DNA of 64,000 bases from an uncultured Actinomycetes bacterium (GTDB lineage Bacteria > Actinomycetota > Thermoleophilia > UBA2241): assembly GCA_963725665.1 (NCBI GenBank), contig CAVRZA010000006.1, positions 96,001 through 160,000 of the forward strand, written 5' to 3'. The translations under genes were made by a program, and so were the position numbers. Shown piece by piece: positions 1 through 10,198 of this stretch (positions are counted from its first letter, which is position 1; each line of letters starts with the position of its first letter). Below the pieces are notes generated by a model. The model saw nothing but the letters and a program-made list of their open reading frames with translations, did no database searches and was not told the DNA's origin.

Positions 1-608
1 TCGTCGACGACACTCCCGGCCACGAAGACCTTCGTCCATCGGTGCAGGTTCTCATAGTAGACACGTGGCTTGGTGCCCAGGCTGTCGCGGTACCGTTCGA
101 GGCCTTCGTCGGCGACGCGGCGCGCCATCTCGTCGTCCTCGGCCATGACCAGCTTGATGGCATCCGTAGGGCAGACCTGCGAGCAGCGCGTCTCCGTCCA
201 CCCCTGGTCCAGAAGGTGAGCGCAGCCGGTGCACTTCTGCGCGAGCTGCTTCTCCTCGTTCCAGTAGATGGCGTTGTACGGACAACTGGTGGCGATCTCG
301 CTGCGGCCGACCGCCTTCACCGGGTCGATGAGCACCACGCCGTCATCGCGCTTGTACACGGCGCCGTCGTCGGTGAGGCAGGGCGCCTCGTCACAGTGCA
401 TGCACGGCATGGGCAGGTAGGCGGTCTGCACGATCGGGTACTGGCCGCGTTCCCTGCGCTTGATGTCCATCCAGCGCTGCCCGTGCCACGGCTGGCCCGC
501 CGAATACGGCGGGAAGTCGTTCTCGACGAACTCGTCCTTGTCGGCCAGGTAGCAGTCGTTGCAGTCGTGGCAGCGGGCGATGTCGATGATCATGTGCCAG
601 GTCTTCAT
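1..608 (-). CDS. Fe-S beta subunit of pyrogallol transhydroxylase-like enzyme (runs off window edge)
   Basis: Not in the ORF track. Translated by hand from ATG at 608 (ATGA overlap with upstream gene): MKTWHMIIDIARCHDCNDCYLADKDE...PMPCMHCDEAPC...DGVVLIDP...CPYNAIYWNEE..AQKCTGCAHLLD...CPTD...KPRVYY. DmsB/NrfC-type motifs, close to the transhydroxylase small subunit. Confidence 0.92.
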   Translation of the reverse strand, partial: MKTWHMIIDIARCHDCNDCYLADKDEFVENDFPPYSAGQPWHGQRWMDIKRRERGQYPIVQTAYLPMPCMHCDEAPCLTDDGAVYKRDDGVVLIDPVKAVGRSEIATSCPYNAIYWNEEKQLAQKCTGCAHLLDQGWTETRCSQVCPTDAIKLVMAEDDEMARRVADEGLERYRDSLGTKPRVYYENLHRWTKVFVAGSVVD

Positions 609-3209
609 TGGACCGCGCCCTCCCACTTCTCGACCTGTACGAGACAGGAGTTGTTGGACATCGCCGTCGAGGTCGGCGTGATGAAGCGCTTGTTGGTGAG
701 GATGTTGACGCAACCGGCGATGTCAGTGGACTCGCCCGGCTTGCCCAGCGGCAGGTAGTCGGCGCACGACTCGTAGGCGTGCACCGTGCCCGGCGCCAGA
801 CGCTCGGTGACCTGGGCGCAGAGGATGACAGAGCCGCGGTCGTTGAAGGCGCGGATCAGGTCGCCGTCGGCGATACCCCGCGCCGCCGCGTCCTTGGTGT
901 TGAGGCGCATCACGTAGTAGTAGTGGCCGTCGTCTTTGAGCACGCGGTGGTCCTTGACCTCGTTGAGCCAGCTCCCCTTGGAGTCGCCCATGGTGTGGAA
1001 GCTGAAGCGCGGGTGCGGGCTCACCATCTGCAGCGGGTACTTGCCGTACAGCTCCTCGGTGCGATGGCCCTCCCAGCTCGGGATGTACTGCGGCCCCATG
1101 GCCGGCCGCTCGGGGTCGACCACGTCCATCTCGAGGCGCTTGATGGCCGAGCTGACGAACTCGATCTTGCCCGACGCCGTCTGCAGGCCCTTGAGCCCGA
1201 TGGTGTCGCCGGGCCTGGGACCCCAGTCAGGCGTGTCGCGCACGCGCCCCTCGGCGAACCAGCGCATGGCCGGCGTCGAGACGTGGTCCTCCGGGAAGGG
1301 CACGACGAAGTAGCCCTTCTTCTCGAACTCCTCCCAGGTGATGTGCTTGGGCAGGTCCGTCGCGGCGAAGTAGAGCTTGCACCAGTCGTACTCGTCGCGG
1401 CCGCCGTCGGTGTAGAGATCGCCGATACCCATGCGCTCGCAGACCGCGGCGAAGATGTCGTAGTCCGACTTGCTCTCGCCCAGCGGCTCGATGCACTTCT
1501 TCTGGAAGACGATCACGCGGTGGTTGGTCTGGATGTAGTTGTCGGGGATGTAGCCCGAGCAGTTGCCGAACTCGCTCATGTCCCAGCGCTCGAAGTTGGT
1601 GCAGGCCGGCAGGATGAGGTCCGCGTACTTGGCCTCGCCCTCGATCCAGATCGACTGGTTGACGACGAAGCTGACCTTGCCCTCCTGGTAGGCCTTCACG
1701 TAGCGGTTCGTCTCCTGCATGGTGCCGAAGAACGAGCCCCCGTAGCGCCAGTACATCTCGACGAAGGGGTAGCCGGGTGCGGGGTACTGGTACTTCTGCA
1801 TCTGGCTCTCGATCGAGGAGCCGCAGAAGCCCTTGCCGCGCCACTCGAAGCGCTCGTGCATCATGGCCTCGGGGATGCGCAGGCGCGGGATGGCCTGGCC
1901 CTCGGTGGAGTCGTGGGTGTTGACGGTGGGGTGCGAACCGGTGCCCGTCGGCGAACATGCGATACGTCCAGCGGTAGGCGGCCGCCGACTTCTCGGGGTC
2001 GCCGGAGATGCCGCCCTCGGCGTAGCCGGGGAAGATGAACGACTCGTCGCTGGGCGCGCCCTGCGAGGTGCCCCAGATGTTGCTGCCCGGCTTGCCGTAC
2101 CCCTGCATGGCGGCGAGGGCCACCATCGTGCGCGCCCACTCGTTACCGGTGGCCGAGCGGCAGGCGCCGCCCCAGCCGCCCAGGCCGCCGGCGGCGAGCA
2201 TCGTCTTCTTGGCGCCCCACTCGCGCGCCAGGGCGCGGATCTCGCGCGCCGGGATGCCGCACTCGCCCTCCGCCCACTGAGGCGTCTTGGGCACGTTGTC
2301 GCTCTTGCCGAGCACGTAGTCCTTCCACTCGTCGAAGCCGACGGTGTGCTCGCGCACGTAGTCCTTGTCGTAGAGATCCTCGGCAAACCAGGTGTGGGCG
2401 ATGCCGAGACCGAAGGCCACGTCGGTGCCGAGGCGCGGCGCGAACCACTTGTCGCTGAAGAGCTCGGCCGTGTGATTGAAGTAGGGGTCGACGAACACCA
2501 TCTTGAGGCCGAGCTCTTTCATCCAGTAGCGGCGGCAGGTGCTCTCGAAGGCGGAGTAGATGCCGCCGCCGGTCGTCTCGGGGTCGGCCGACCAGAAGAC
2601 GATCATCTCGCTGTGCTTGAGCGCGTCCTCGAGCAGGTCCCACTGCTCGGGGATGCCGAGGCGGTGGCTGTTGCCCCACATCGGTATGGCACCCCAGTGC
2701 CATCCCTCCCAGCTGTCGGGGTTGTGGGCGCACTGGGAGAAACCCATGAGGTTGAGGAAGCGGTTGTAGGCGCTGTGCCGGTAGCCGACGTTGCCCCAGA
2801 GGTGATGCGAGCTCTCGGTGGTCATGATGGAGCCGGGGCCGATCTCACGATGGCAGCGCTCGACCTCGTCGGCGACGATGTCGAGCGCAGCCTCCCAGCT
2901 GATGGGCTCGTAGCCCGAGATCCCGCGGTTGCGGACGTTGCGCGCGCCCTTGTGGTCGAAGTCGACGCGCTTGAGCGGCGTGAGGATGCGCTTGGGCGAG
3001 TAGACCATGGAACGCTGCGCCTGCGCGTGCGGCGACAGGGTGGTGCGGCGCGGCGGCGTGAAGCGGCGACCCCGCGCCTCGATGACCCAGTCGCCCTTGT
3101 CGTCGTCGTCAAGGTCGATCGGGAACATGCGGACGATGCGCCCGTCCTTCACGTCGACGAAGAGAGGTCCCCCTGTCGTGCTGTTGGTCAGTCTTACGAC
3201 GTCCCCCAT
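605..3209 (-). CDS. athL: Pyrogallol-phloroglucinol transhydroxylase large subunit-like Mo-bis-PGD enzyme (one frameshift near 1945-1955)
   Basis: ORF 1227..3209 supplies the N-half (MGDVVRLTNSTTGGP, SSHHLWGNVGYRH, HNPDSWEGWHWG, GGLGGWGGACR, FPGYAEGGISGD). ORF 605..2386 supplies the C-half (IPRLRIPE, GKGF, NCSGYIPDNY, SPHPRFSFHTMGD, YESCA). These match recalled Pelobacter AthL motifs throughout. Confidence 0.9.
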
Positions 3210-3278
3210 ACTCCTCCCACCTCCGCTCTCGACTCGACCGCGCGGCCGAAAGGATCCTACTGTATGAATGCGGCCATT

Positions 3279-3342
3279 GGCCGCATCGCGGACACGCGTG
3301 CCCGTACTTCGGAAAGGCTACAAGGGGGCGAGCCGGTGTCAA
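3279..3342 (-). promoter_or_regulatory. Sigma70-type promoter of athL operon 1 followed by a tandem operator
   Basis: Minus strand TTGACA(3342-3337)-16 bp-TAGCCT(3320-3315), then TTCCGAAGTACGGGC (3314-3300) and GTCCGCGATGCGGCC (3293-3279). Confidence 0.65.
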
Positions 3343-3420
3343 GCGCGGCCCTGCCACGGCCGGCTGGGATGACCATGATCGACGGTCGCCCGGCCGAGGA
3401 GCATGGGGCCCGCGACCGGC

Positions 3421-3449
3421 TTGACAGGCCCAGGGCCCTCGCTGATAGT
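3421..3449 (+). promoter_or_regulatory. Sigma70-type promoter for the mod operon
   Basis: TTGACA(3421)-17 bp-GATAGT(3444), about 11 nt before the riboswitch. Confidence 0.6.
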
Positions 3450-3459
3450 CTCGATCTCG

Positions 3460-3593
3460 TACTCCAAGCCCTTCGTCCTACGGCACTCGCTACGGACGCC
3501 GGGCCGTACCATGGATAGACCATGGGGCGGCGACGGTCGCCGTCGTGGGCCCGCGGTGGAAACGCCCGGACCTCCTCGTGTTTGGAAAGGAGT
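3460..3593 (+). ncRNA. Moco (molybdenum cofactor) riboswitch
   Basis: 5' ACTCCAAGC...GTCCTACGGC...CTACGGAC, then GGTGGAAACGCC and 3' CCTCCTCGTGTTTGGAAAGGAGT. 5' ACTCC pairs with 3' GGAGT and sequesters the AAAGGAG RBS of modA (ATG 3599). Location upstream of modABC is typical. Confidence 0.85.
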
Positions 3594-3598
3594 CGGGG

Positions 3599-4469
3599 AT
3601 GTTGCATTCGACCGCGCGCGGTGCGCGCCCACCCGCCGCGGATCCGCATCGGCGGCCTCACGACGAACCCCGCGACGAGAAGTCGGCCGGTCTGCGCTCT
3701 CGCTCCTGGTGCTGCTGCTCGTGGCCCTGCGCTGGCGTTGCTGGCCGGCGCGTGCGGCGGCGGCTCCTCCGCGACCGGGAACGCCAGCCCGCCGACCAAG
3801 CTCACGGTCTTCGGCGCCGCGTCGCTCACCGACGCGTTCACGAAGCTCGGCACCGACTTCACCGCCGCGCACCCCGGCGTGAACGTGACCTTCAACTTCG
3901 CCGGCAGCCAGGATCTCGTCGCCCAGCTCCAGCAGGGCGCCCCCGCCGACGTGCTGGCGACGGCCGACACGGCCACCATGGACAAGGTCGCCGAGCCTGG
4001 TCGGACACGCCCCAGGTGTTCGCCGGCAACAAGCTCGAGATCGCCGTGGCCCCCGGGAATCCGCAGCACATCACCGGCCTCGCCGACCTTGCGAACCCGA
4101 TCTCAAGGTCGTCCTCGCGGCGCCCGAGGTGCCGGCGGGCAAGTACGCGCGAGCAGATCCTCGAGCGAGCCGGACGTCGACGTGAAGCCGGTCTCTCTCG
4201 AGGAGAGCGTCAAGGGAGTCGTGACGAAGGTCGTCGCTGGGCGAGGCCGACGCAGGTATCGTCTACGTCACGGACGTGTCCGCCGCCAAGGGCAAGGTCG
4301 ACAGGCGTGGTGATCCCCGAGAGCCAGAACGTCGTCGCCACCTATCCCATCGCCGTCGTGAAAGCGAGCGAACAGACGCAAGACGCGCAGTCGTTCGTCG
4401 ACATGGTCCTCTCATCTCAGGGCCAAGCAGATGCTGCAGAGCTTCGGCTTCTTGCCGCCGCCCCAGTGA
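3599..4469 (+). CDS. modA: Molybdate ABC transporter substrate-binding lipoprotein (multiple frameshifts)
   Basis: Pieces across frames: LLAGACGG lipobox, LTVFGAASLTDAF, FNFAGSQDL, ADVLATAD, FAGNKLEIAVAPGNP, VPAGKY, GIVYVTD, QNVVATYPIAVV, ending FGFLPPPQ-TGA at 4469. Confidence 0.85.
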
Positions 4470-4517
4470 GAGGAAGGCAGGGGTCGCACGCGAGCGTGGT
4501 GGCGGGAGGCCGATCCA

Positions 4518-5456
4518 GTGACGGACCGGCGACTCCTGGGCCCCGGCCGCGCGGCGGCGAAGCGGGCACGGGACTCGCCGTCGTCGCCGGCGACTCCATG
4601 GCGACCGCGCCGGGCCGAGCCGGCGCCGTGGGCGACGCCGCCAGAAGACGGCGCGCCGCGACTCACGCGTCGCGGCAGCGGCGGCGCGCCCCTCGGGTTC
4701 GTGCCGCTCGCGGTGGTCGCGGTCACGTTCCTGACCCTGCCACTGGTCGCCCTCCTCGTGCGCGCCCCGTGGCGCGACCTGCCCGGCGACCTGACGGCGC
4801 CCGGAGTGCTCACCGCCCTGCGTCTCTCGCTCGTGTGCTCGCTGGGAGCGCTCGCCATCTCGCTGGTCTTCGGCGTCCCGCTCGCCTGGCTGCTCGCCCG
4901 CGTCCGCTTCCGCGGTCGCAACGTCGTGCGCGCCCTGGTGCTGCTGCCCATGGTCCTGCCGCCCGTCGTCGGCGGCGTCGCCCTGCTCCTCGCCTTCGGC
5001 CGCAACGGTCTCGCAGGCCAGTGGCTCGACCGGGTCTTCGGCGTCACGCTGCCGTTCTCGACCGCCGGGGCCATGCTCGCCGAGACGTTCGTCGCCATGC
5101 CCTTCCTCGTCATCACCGTCGAGGCCGGCATCCGCGCCATGGACCGGCGCTACGAGGACGCCGCCGCGACGCTCGGCGCCGGCCGCTGGACCACCTTCCG
5201 CCGGGTGACCCTGCCGCTGATCGCGCCCTCCTTGGCCGCCGGCGGCGCCCTGTGCTGGGCGCGCGCCCTCGGTGAGTTCGGCGCGACCATCACCTTCGCC
5301 GGCAATCTGCCGGGGACGACGCAGACGATGCCGCTGGCGGTCTACATCGCCCTGCAGAACAATCCGGACGCGGCGATCACCCTCAGTCTCGTGATGCTGG
5401 CGATCTCGCTGACGGTGCTGGTGGGCTTGCGCGGCCGCTGGTTCCCCTCGCGATGA
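4518..5456 (+). CDS. modB: Molybdate ABC transporter permease
   Basis: LVLLPMVLPPVVGGVALL, YEDAAATLGA, WARALGEFGATITFAGN. The true start may lie further downstream. Confidence 0.93.
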   Translation: MTDRRLLGPGRAAAKRARDSPSSPATPWRPRRAEPAPWATPPEDGAPRLTRRGSGGAPLGFVPLAVVAVTFLTLPLVALLVRAPWRDLPGDLTAPGVLTALRLSLVCSLGALAISLVFGVPLAWLLARVRFRGRNVVRALVLLPMVLPPVVGGVALLLAFGRNGLAGQWLDRVFGVTLPFSTAGAMLAETFVAMPFLVITVEAGIRAMDRRYEDAAATLGAGRWTTFRRVTLPLIAPSLAAGGALCWARALGEFGATITFAGNLPGTTQTMPLAVYIALQNNPDAAITLSLVMLAISLTVLVGLRGRWFPSR

Positions 5457-5493
5457 CCGCCCGGGCGACGTTACCCGCAGGCGGAGGCCGACC

Positions 5494-6553
5494 GTGAGCC
5501 TCGAGGCCGTCGTCGGCCTGCGCAAGGGCACCCTCGACCTCGACGTCGAGCTGGAGGTGGCGAGCAACGGCGTCGTCGTGCTGCTCGGTCCCAACGCCGC
5601 CGGCAAGACGACACTGCTCCGCGCGCTCGCCGGCCTCGTGCCGCTGGAGCGCGGCCGGGTCGTCCTCGACGGCGTCGTCCTCGACGACCCGGCGGCCGGC
5701 GTGCGCGTGCCCACCGAACGGCGGCCGATCGGCGTCGTCTTCCAGGACTACCTCCTCTTCCCGCACCTCTCGGTGCTGGAGAACGTCGCCTTCGGGCCGC
5801 GATCGAGCGGCGCCGGGCGCACCGTGGCGCGGGAGCACGCCCTCGCGCTGCTCGACCGCGTCGGGCTCGTCGACTGCGCCGCCGCGAAGCCGCGGGCGCT
5901 CTCGGGCGGGCAGGCGCAGCGGGTGGCGCTGGCGCGCGCTCTCGCGACCGACCCGCGTCTCCTGCTGCTCGACGAGCCGCTCGCGGCCATGGATGCCGGC
6001 GCGCGCGCCGAGCTGCGCCGCGGCCTGAGCCGGCACCTCGCCGCGTTTCCCGGGATCTGCCTCGTGATCACCCACGACCCGATCGAGGCGATGACCCTCG
6101 GTGACCATCTCGTCGTCGCTGGAAGCCGGACGCGTGGTGCAGTCCGGGACCCCGGACGAGCTCTCCTCGCACCCGCGCTCGCGCTACGTGGCCGAGCTGC
6201 TCGGCCTGAACCTGTACCGCGGCCGTCCCGAGCAGCGCTCGATCGTGCTCGCGAACGGCCGGCGCCTGATCGCCGCCGACCCCGTGCCGCACGAGGGTGA
6301 AGTGTTCGCCGTCATCCCGCCGCGGGCGGTCTCGCTGCACCGCGCCGTCCCCGAGGGCTCGCCGAGAAACGTATGGGAGGGCACGGTCGGCGACCTCGAC
6401 GTGGCCGGAGATCACGTCCGCGTGCACGTGGGCGGCGACCTACCGATCGTCGCCGAGGTCACGCCGGCGGCGGTCGCCGCCCTTCGCCTCGGCGAGGGCG
6501 GCCCGGTCTTCGTCTCGGTCAAGGCGCTCGCGGTCGAGGTCTACCCGGCGTGA
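5494..6553 (+). CDS. modC: Molybdate ABC transporter ATPase with C-terminal TOBE domain (frameshift ~6120)
   Basis: GPNAAGKTT, VFQDYLLFPHL, LSGGQAQR, LLLDEP in 5494..6300. Continues in 6101..6553 with GSPRN...AEVTPAAVAALRL...VFVSVKA. Confidence 0.88.
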
Positions 6554-6701
6554 GGTGGCGCCGGTGTTCGCCGTGACGCAAGGACTCCAGTCTGGTCTGG
6601 TACCGCGGAGGTTCTCGTAGCCTCGGGACGTGTCCATGCGGTCGCAACCCCGGGCGCCGCTACGCTTCTCGGACGCCCTCCTCTCCCGTAGCATCTACGG
6701 C

Positions 6702-7278
6702 ATGGACCATCCCGACCACGTACACCGACCGCACGGCGACGATGGCGACCAGGCCCGCGGCGGCGCGGACGCGCCGCCGCCCGGCCTGGTCGCCATCGTC
6801 GGCAAGAGCGACTCCGGCAAGACGACCCTCATCGAGAAGCTCGATCCCCGAGCTGCTGAAGCTGGGGCTGCGCGTCGGGACGGTGAAGCACGACGCGCAC
6901 AGCTTCGAGATCGACCATCCGGGCAAGGACTCCTGGCGCCACGGCCAGGCCGGCGCTCTCGCCTACGTCATCTCCTCGAAGGAGCGCCTCGCGTACATCG
7001 CCAAGCTCGACGGCGAGATGCCCCTCGCCGACATAGCGCGCCGCTTCTTCTCCGACTTCGACCTCGTCGTCGCCGAGGGCTACAAGCGCTCGGCGCCTCA
7101 CCTCGTCGAGCTCTTCCGCGCCGGCGCCGGCCACTCGGCGCCCCTCTGCGCGCCGGGGGAGTCGCTGGCCGTGGTCACCGACGCCCCCCTCGAGCACGAG
7201 CACCGCTTCGGCCTCGACGACGCCGCCGGCCTCGCGCGCTTTCTGGCCGACCGTCTCGACGCCCTCAGGGTGTACTGA
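6702..7278 (+). CDS. mobB: Molybdopterin-guanine dinucleotide biosynthesis protein B (frameshift ~6845)
   Basis: IVGKSDSGKTTLIEKL, then VGTVKHDAHSFEIDHPGKDSWRH...DLVVAEGYK. Confidence 0.88.
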
Positions 7279-7331
7279 GCCGGCGGCGCGCGGCGCGGCG
7301 TGTCGTCGACGCAGCGCGCCCCCGCCACTGC

Positions 7332-7398
7332 TTGACACGCCGTCTCCCCACCACCTAGCATCGTCCGCATAGTGGAAGATACCGTCCGTATCGTGGGC
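7332..7398 (+). promoter_or_regulatory. Sigma70-type promoter of Mo-enzyme operon 2 followed by a tandem operator
   Basis: TTGACA(7332)-18 bp-TAGCAT(7356), then GTCCGCATAGTGGAA (7363-7377) and GTCCGTATCGTGGGC (7384-7398). Confidence 0.65.
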
Positions 7399-7600
7399 CC
7401 TTCCTCTGTACCTCCGCGCCCGCGGCGGCGGTGTACCCAGCGCTCGCACCCGCACCTGTGCAGCCGTTTACCCATGGATTACGATTGCCGACAAGGCCGA
7501 ACTCCGACTCCACACACAGGCTCATGGCTGCTCGACGAGCACACGCACGAGCACCGGCACTGACAAGATCCGGATCAGGCGAGACCGGAAGGAGAGGCGT

Positions 7601-10198
7601 ATGGCGGAAGACATGAGCAAGACGGGAGCCTCCGGCGAGCGAACGCTGGTGCGCGACATCAGCTTCTGCGGCGTGCCCGAGAACGGCTCCAATGCCTCGA
7701 TGGTGGATGTGAAGGACGGCAGGATCGTCCGCATCCGCCCGATGCACTACGACTGGAAGTACAAGCGCGAAGACATGAACCCCTGGAAGATGGAGGTCAG
7801 GGGGTCCACCTTCGAGCCGAGCATGAAGACCCTCATCCCGCCGTACAGCATCGCCTACAAGAAGCGCGTATATTCGCCGGCCCGCATCCGCTACCCCATG
7901 ATGCGTGTCGACTTCGACCCCAACGGCGAGCGCAACCCGCAGAACCGCGGGGTAAGCAGGTACAAGCGCATCTCCTGGAAAGAGGCGCTCGACGTCATCA
8001 CCGGCGAGATGGAGCGCATCAAGGAGACCTACGGTCCGACCGCGCTGCTCTACCAGTGCGACCAGCACGGCGAGAACAAGGTCGTGCAAGCCTGCCACGG
8101 CGCCGGCCGCAAGCTGCTGCGCCAGTGGGGCGGCTTCACGCTACAGATCCGCCAGCCCGACAGTTGGGAGGGCTACTGGTGGGGCAACAAGCACTTCTGG
8201 GGCTGTGAGCCGGTCGGCCAGGGCAAGCAGAGCAACCTGCTCTGGGACATCTCGAAGAACGCGGAGCTGTTGCTCTTCTGGGGCTGCGACCAGGAGACCA
8301 CCCCCTGGGGCTGGCAGGGTCAGCTTCCCAGCCGACTGAGCTACTGGTGGACCGAGCTCGGCATCAAACAGATCTACGTGTGCCCCGACCTCAACTACGC
8401 GGCCGCCGTGCACGCCGACCGCTGGATCCCGGTCCTGCCGAACACCGACGCCGCCCTCTATCTGGCGATCACCTACCGCTGGTTCAAGCGGGGCACCTAC
8501 GACAAAGAGTACCTCGCCACACACGCCGTGGGCGTCGACAAGTACGAGGCCTACGTCATGGGCGAGGAGGACGGCATCCCGAAGACGCCGGAGTGGGCTG
8601 CGCCCATCTGCGGCGTCCCGGCCCGCGTCATCAAGGCCCTCGCCGACGAGTGGGCGAGCAAACGCACCACCGTGGTCATCGGCAACGGCGGCCCCGGCAT
8701 CCGCGGCCCCTACGCCACCGAGCCGGCCCGCCTGCAGGCCATCTGCCTGGCCATGCAGGGTCTCGGCAAGCCGGGCGTGAACCAGGCCAAGATGATCGAG
8801 TGGGGCCTTTTCGACAAGCCCGATCAGTACGCCCAGCCCAAGCCGTTGCGCGTACCCAACCTGCGCAGCGCCTACACCGGCGGGCATCCCGACGAGTCCA
8901 ACCATCCGTCGTTCATCCCCAAGACGTACGTTCCCAAGGCGATCCTCGAGGGCGAGTGCGACTGGTGGGGCTGCGAGTCCGAGACCGCCGACCGCGTGAA
9001 CCAGTTCGAGCACTACAAGTACCCGGCCGACGGCTGTTCCAAGATCCACATGGTCTGGACGGACTCGCCGAGCTGGATCACCTGCTGGAACTCGGGCAAC
9101 GACTACGTGCGCGCCATGCGGCACCCCGACATCGAGTTCATGTTCGCCCAGCACCCGTGGCTCGAGAACGACTGCCTGCTGGCCGACATCATCCTGCCGG
9201 TGAACACGAAGCTCGAGGAGGACGACATCGCCGGCGACATCTTCAGCGGGCAGTTCAACCTTCTCTTCCCCGAGCACAAATGCGTGGAGCCGCTGGGCGA
9301 GTCGTTCAGCGACTACGAGATCGCCTGCATGATCGCGGAGCGTCTTGGGCTGCTGGAGGAGTACACGGGCGGCAAGTCCATCCCCGAGCTCATCAAGCAC
9401 GGCTACGAGACCTCGCGCTGCGACGATCTCATCAGCTGGGAGGAGCTCAACGAGAAGGGCTACTACGTGGTCCCCACGGCCGACGGCTGGGAGGATGTGC
9501 CGGCCGGCTTCTACAACTTCTACAAGGACCCGGAGAAGTACCCCCTCAGCACCCCGACCGGCAAGCTCGAGTTCGAGGCCACCGGCCTGCTTGAGCACTT
9601 CCCCGACGACGTCGAGCGGCCGGCGGTGCCGAAGTGGGTCGCGCAAGGGATCAGCCACGAGGAGACCATCGGCACCAAGCGCTCCGAGAAGTATCCGTTG
9701 CTCGTGTGCTCCAACCACCCGCGCTGGAGCGTCCACTCGCAGCACGACGACATCACCTGGCTGCGTGAGATCGCCACCTGCAAGGTGACCGGTCCCGACG
9801 GCTACCAGTACCACCCGATCTGGCTGCATCCGTCCGAGGCCGAGAAGCACGGCATCAGAAGCGGCGATGTGGTGTCCATCTACAACGACCGCGGCACCGT
9901 GCTCGGCGGCGCCTATGTCACCGAGCGCGTGATGCCGGGCGTGGTCTACATCGACCACGGCGCCAAGTGGGACCCCATCGCCCCCGGCGAGATCGACCGC
10001 GGCGGTGCGATCAACACCATCGTGCCGCGCAACACCACCTCGAAGAACGCCGTGGGCCATGCGGTGAGCGGCTTCCTCGTCAACATCGAGAAGACCGACA
10101 TGGAGGCGCTCAAGCGCAAGTATCCGGAGGCCTTCGAGAAGCCGTTCCATCCGTGCGCCGGGCCCGGGTTGCAGGCCTGCATCGAGGGGAGGGCGTGA
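7601..10198 (+). CDS. Mo-bis-PGD oxidoreductase large subunit, transhydroxylase/resorcinol-hydroxylase-like paralogue
   Basis: 865 aa with RBS GGAGAGG. Motifs VDVKDGRIVRIRP, RVDFDPNGERNPQNRG, QPDSWEG (Ser Mo ligand), ADIILP, HPRWSVHSQ, YNDRG. No Tat signal and no N-terminal Fe-S motif. Confidence 0.92.
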   Translation: MAEDMSKTGASGERTLVRDISFCGVPENGSNASMVDVKDGRIVRIRPMHYDWKYKREDMNPWKMEVRGSTFEPSMKTLIPPYSIAYKKRVYSPARIRYPMMRVDFDPNGERNPQNRGVSRYKRISWKEALDVITGEMERIKETYGPTALLYQCDQHGENKVVQACHGAGRKLLRQWGGFTLQIRQPDSWEGYWWGNKHFWGCEPVGQGKQSNLLWDISKNAELLLFWGCDQETTPWGWQGQLPSRLSYWWTELGIKQIYVCPDLNYAAAVHADRWIPVLPNTDAALYLAITYRWFKRGTYDKEYLATHAVGVDKYEAYVMGEEDGIPKTPEWAAPICGVPARVIKALADEWASKRTTVVIGNGGPGIRGPYATEPARLQAICLAMQGLGKPGVNQAKMIEWGLFDKPDQYAQPKPLRVPNLRSAYTGGHPDESNHPSFIPKTYVPKAILEGECDWWGCESETADRVNQFEHYKYPADGCSKIHMVWTDSPSWITCWNSGNDYVRAMRHPDIEFMFAQHPWLENDCLLADIILPVNTKLEEDDIAGDIFSGQFNLLFPEHKCVEPLGESFSDYEIACMIAERLGLLEEYTGGKSIPELIKHGYETSRCDDLISWEELNEKGYYVVPTADGWEDVPAGFYNFYKDPEKYPLSTPTGKLEFEATGLLEHFPDDVERPAVPKWVAQGISHEETIGTKRSEKYPLLVCSNHPRWSVHSQHDDITWLREIATCKVTGPDGYQYHPIWLHPSEAEKHGIRSGDVVSIYNDRGTVLGGAYVTERVMPGVVYIDHGAKWDPIAPGEIDRGGAINTIVPRNTTSKNAVGHAVSGFLVNIEKTDMEALKRKYPEAFEKPFHPCAGPGLQACIEGRA

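Noticed and set aside
3599-7278. Programmed frameshifting or phase variation in mod/mob genes
   Set aside because: Too many sites, and no consistent slippery sequence or long homopolymer.
7400-7600. Long leader before Mo enzyme 2 as a possible riboswitch
   Set aside because: No recognisable motif or convincing stems; a covariance search would be needed.
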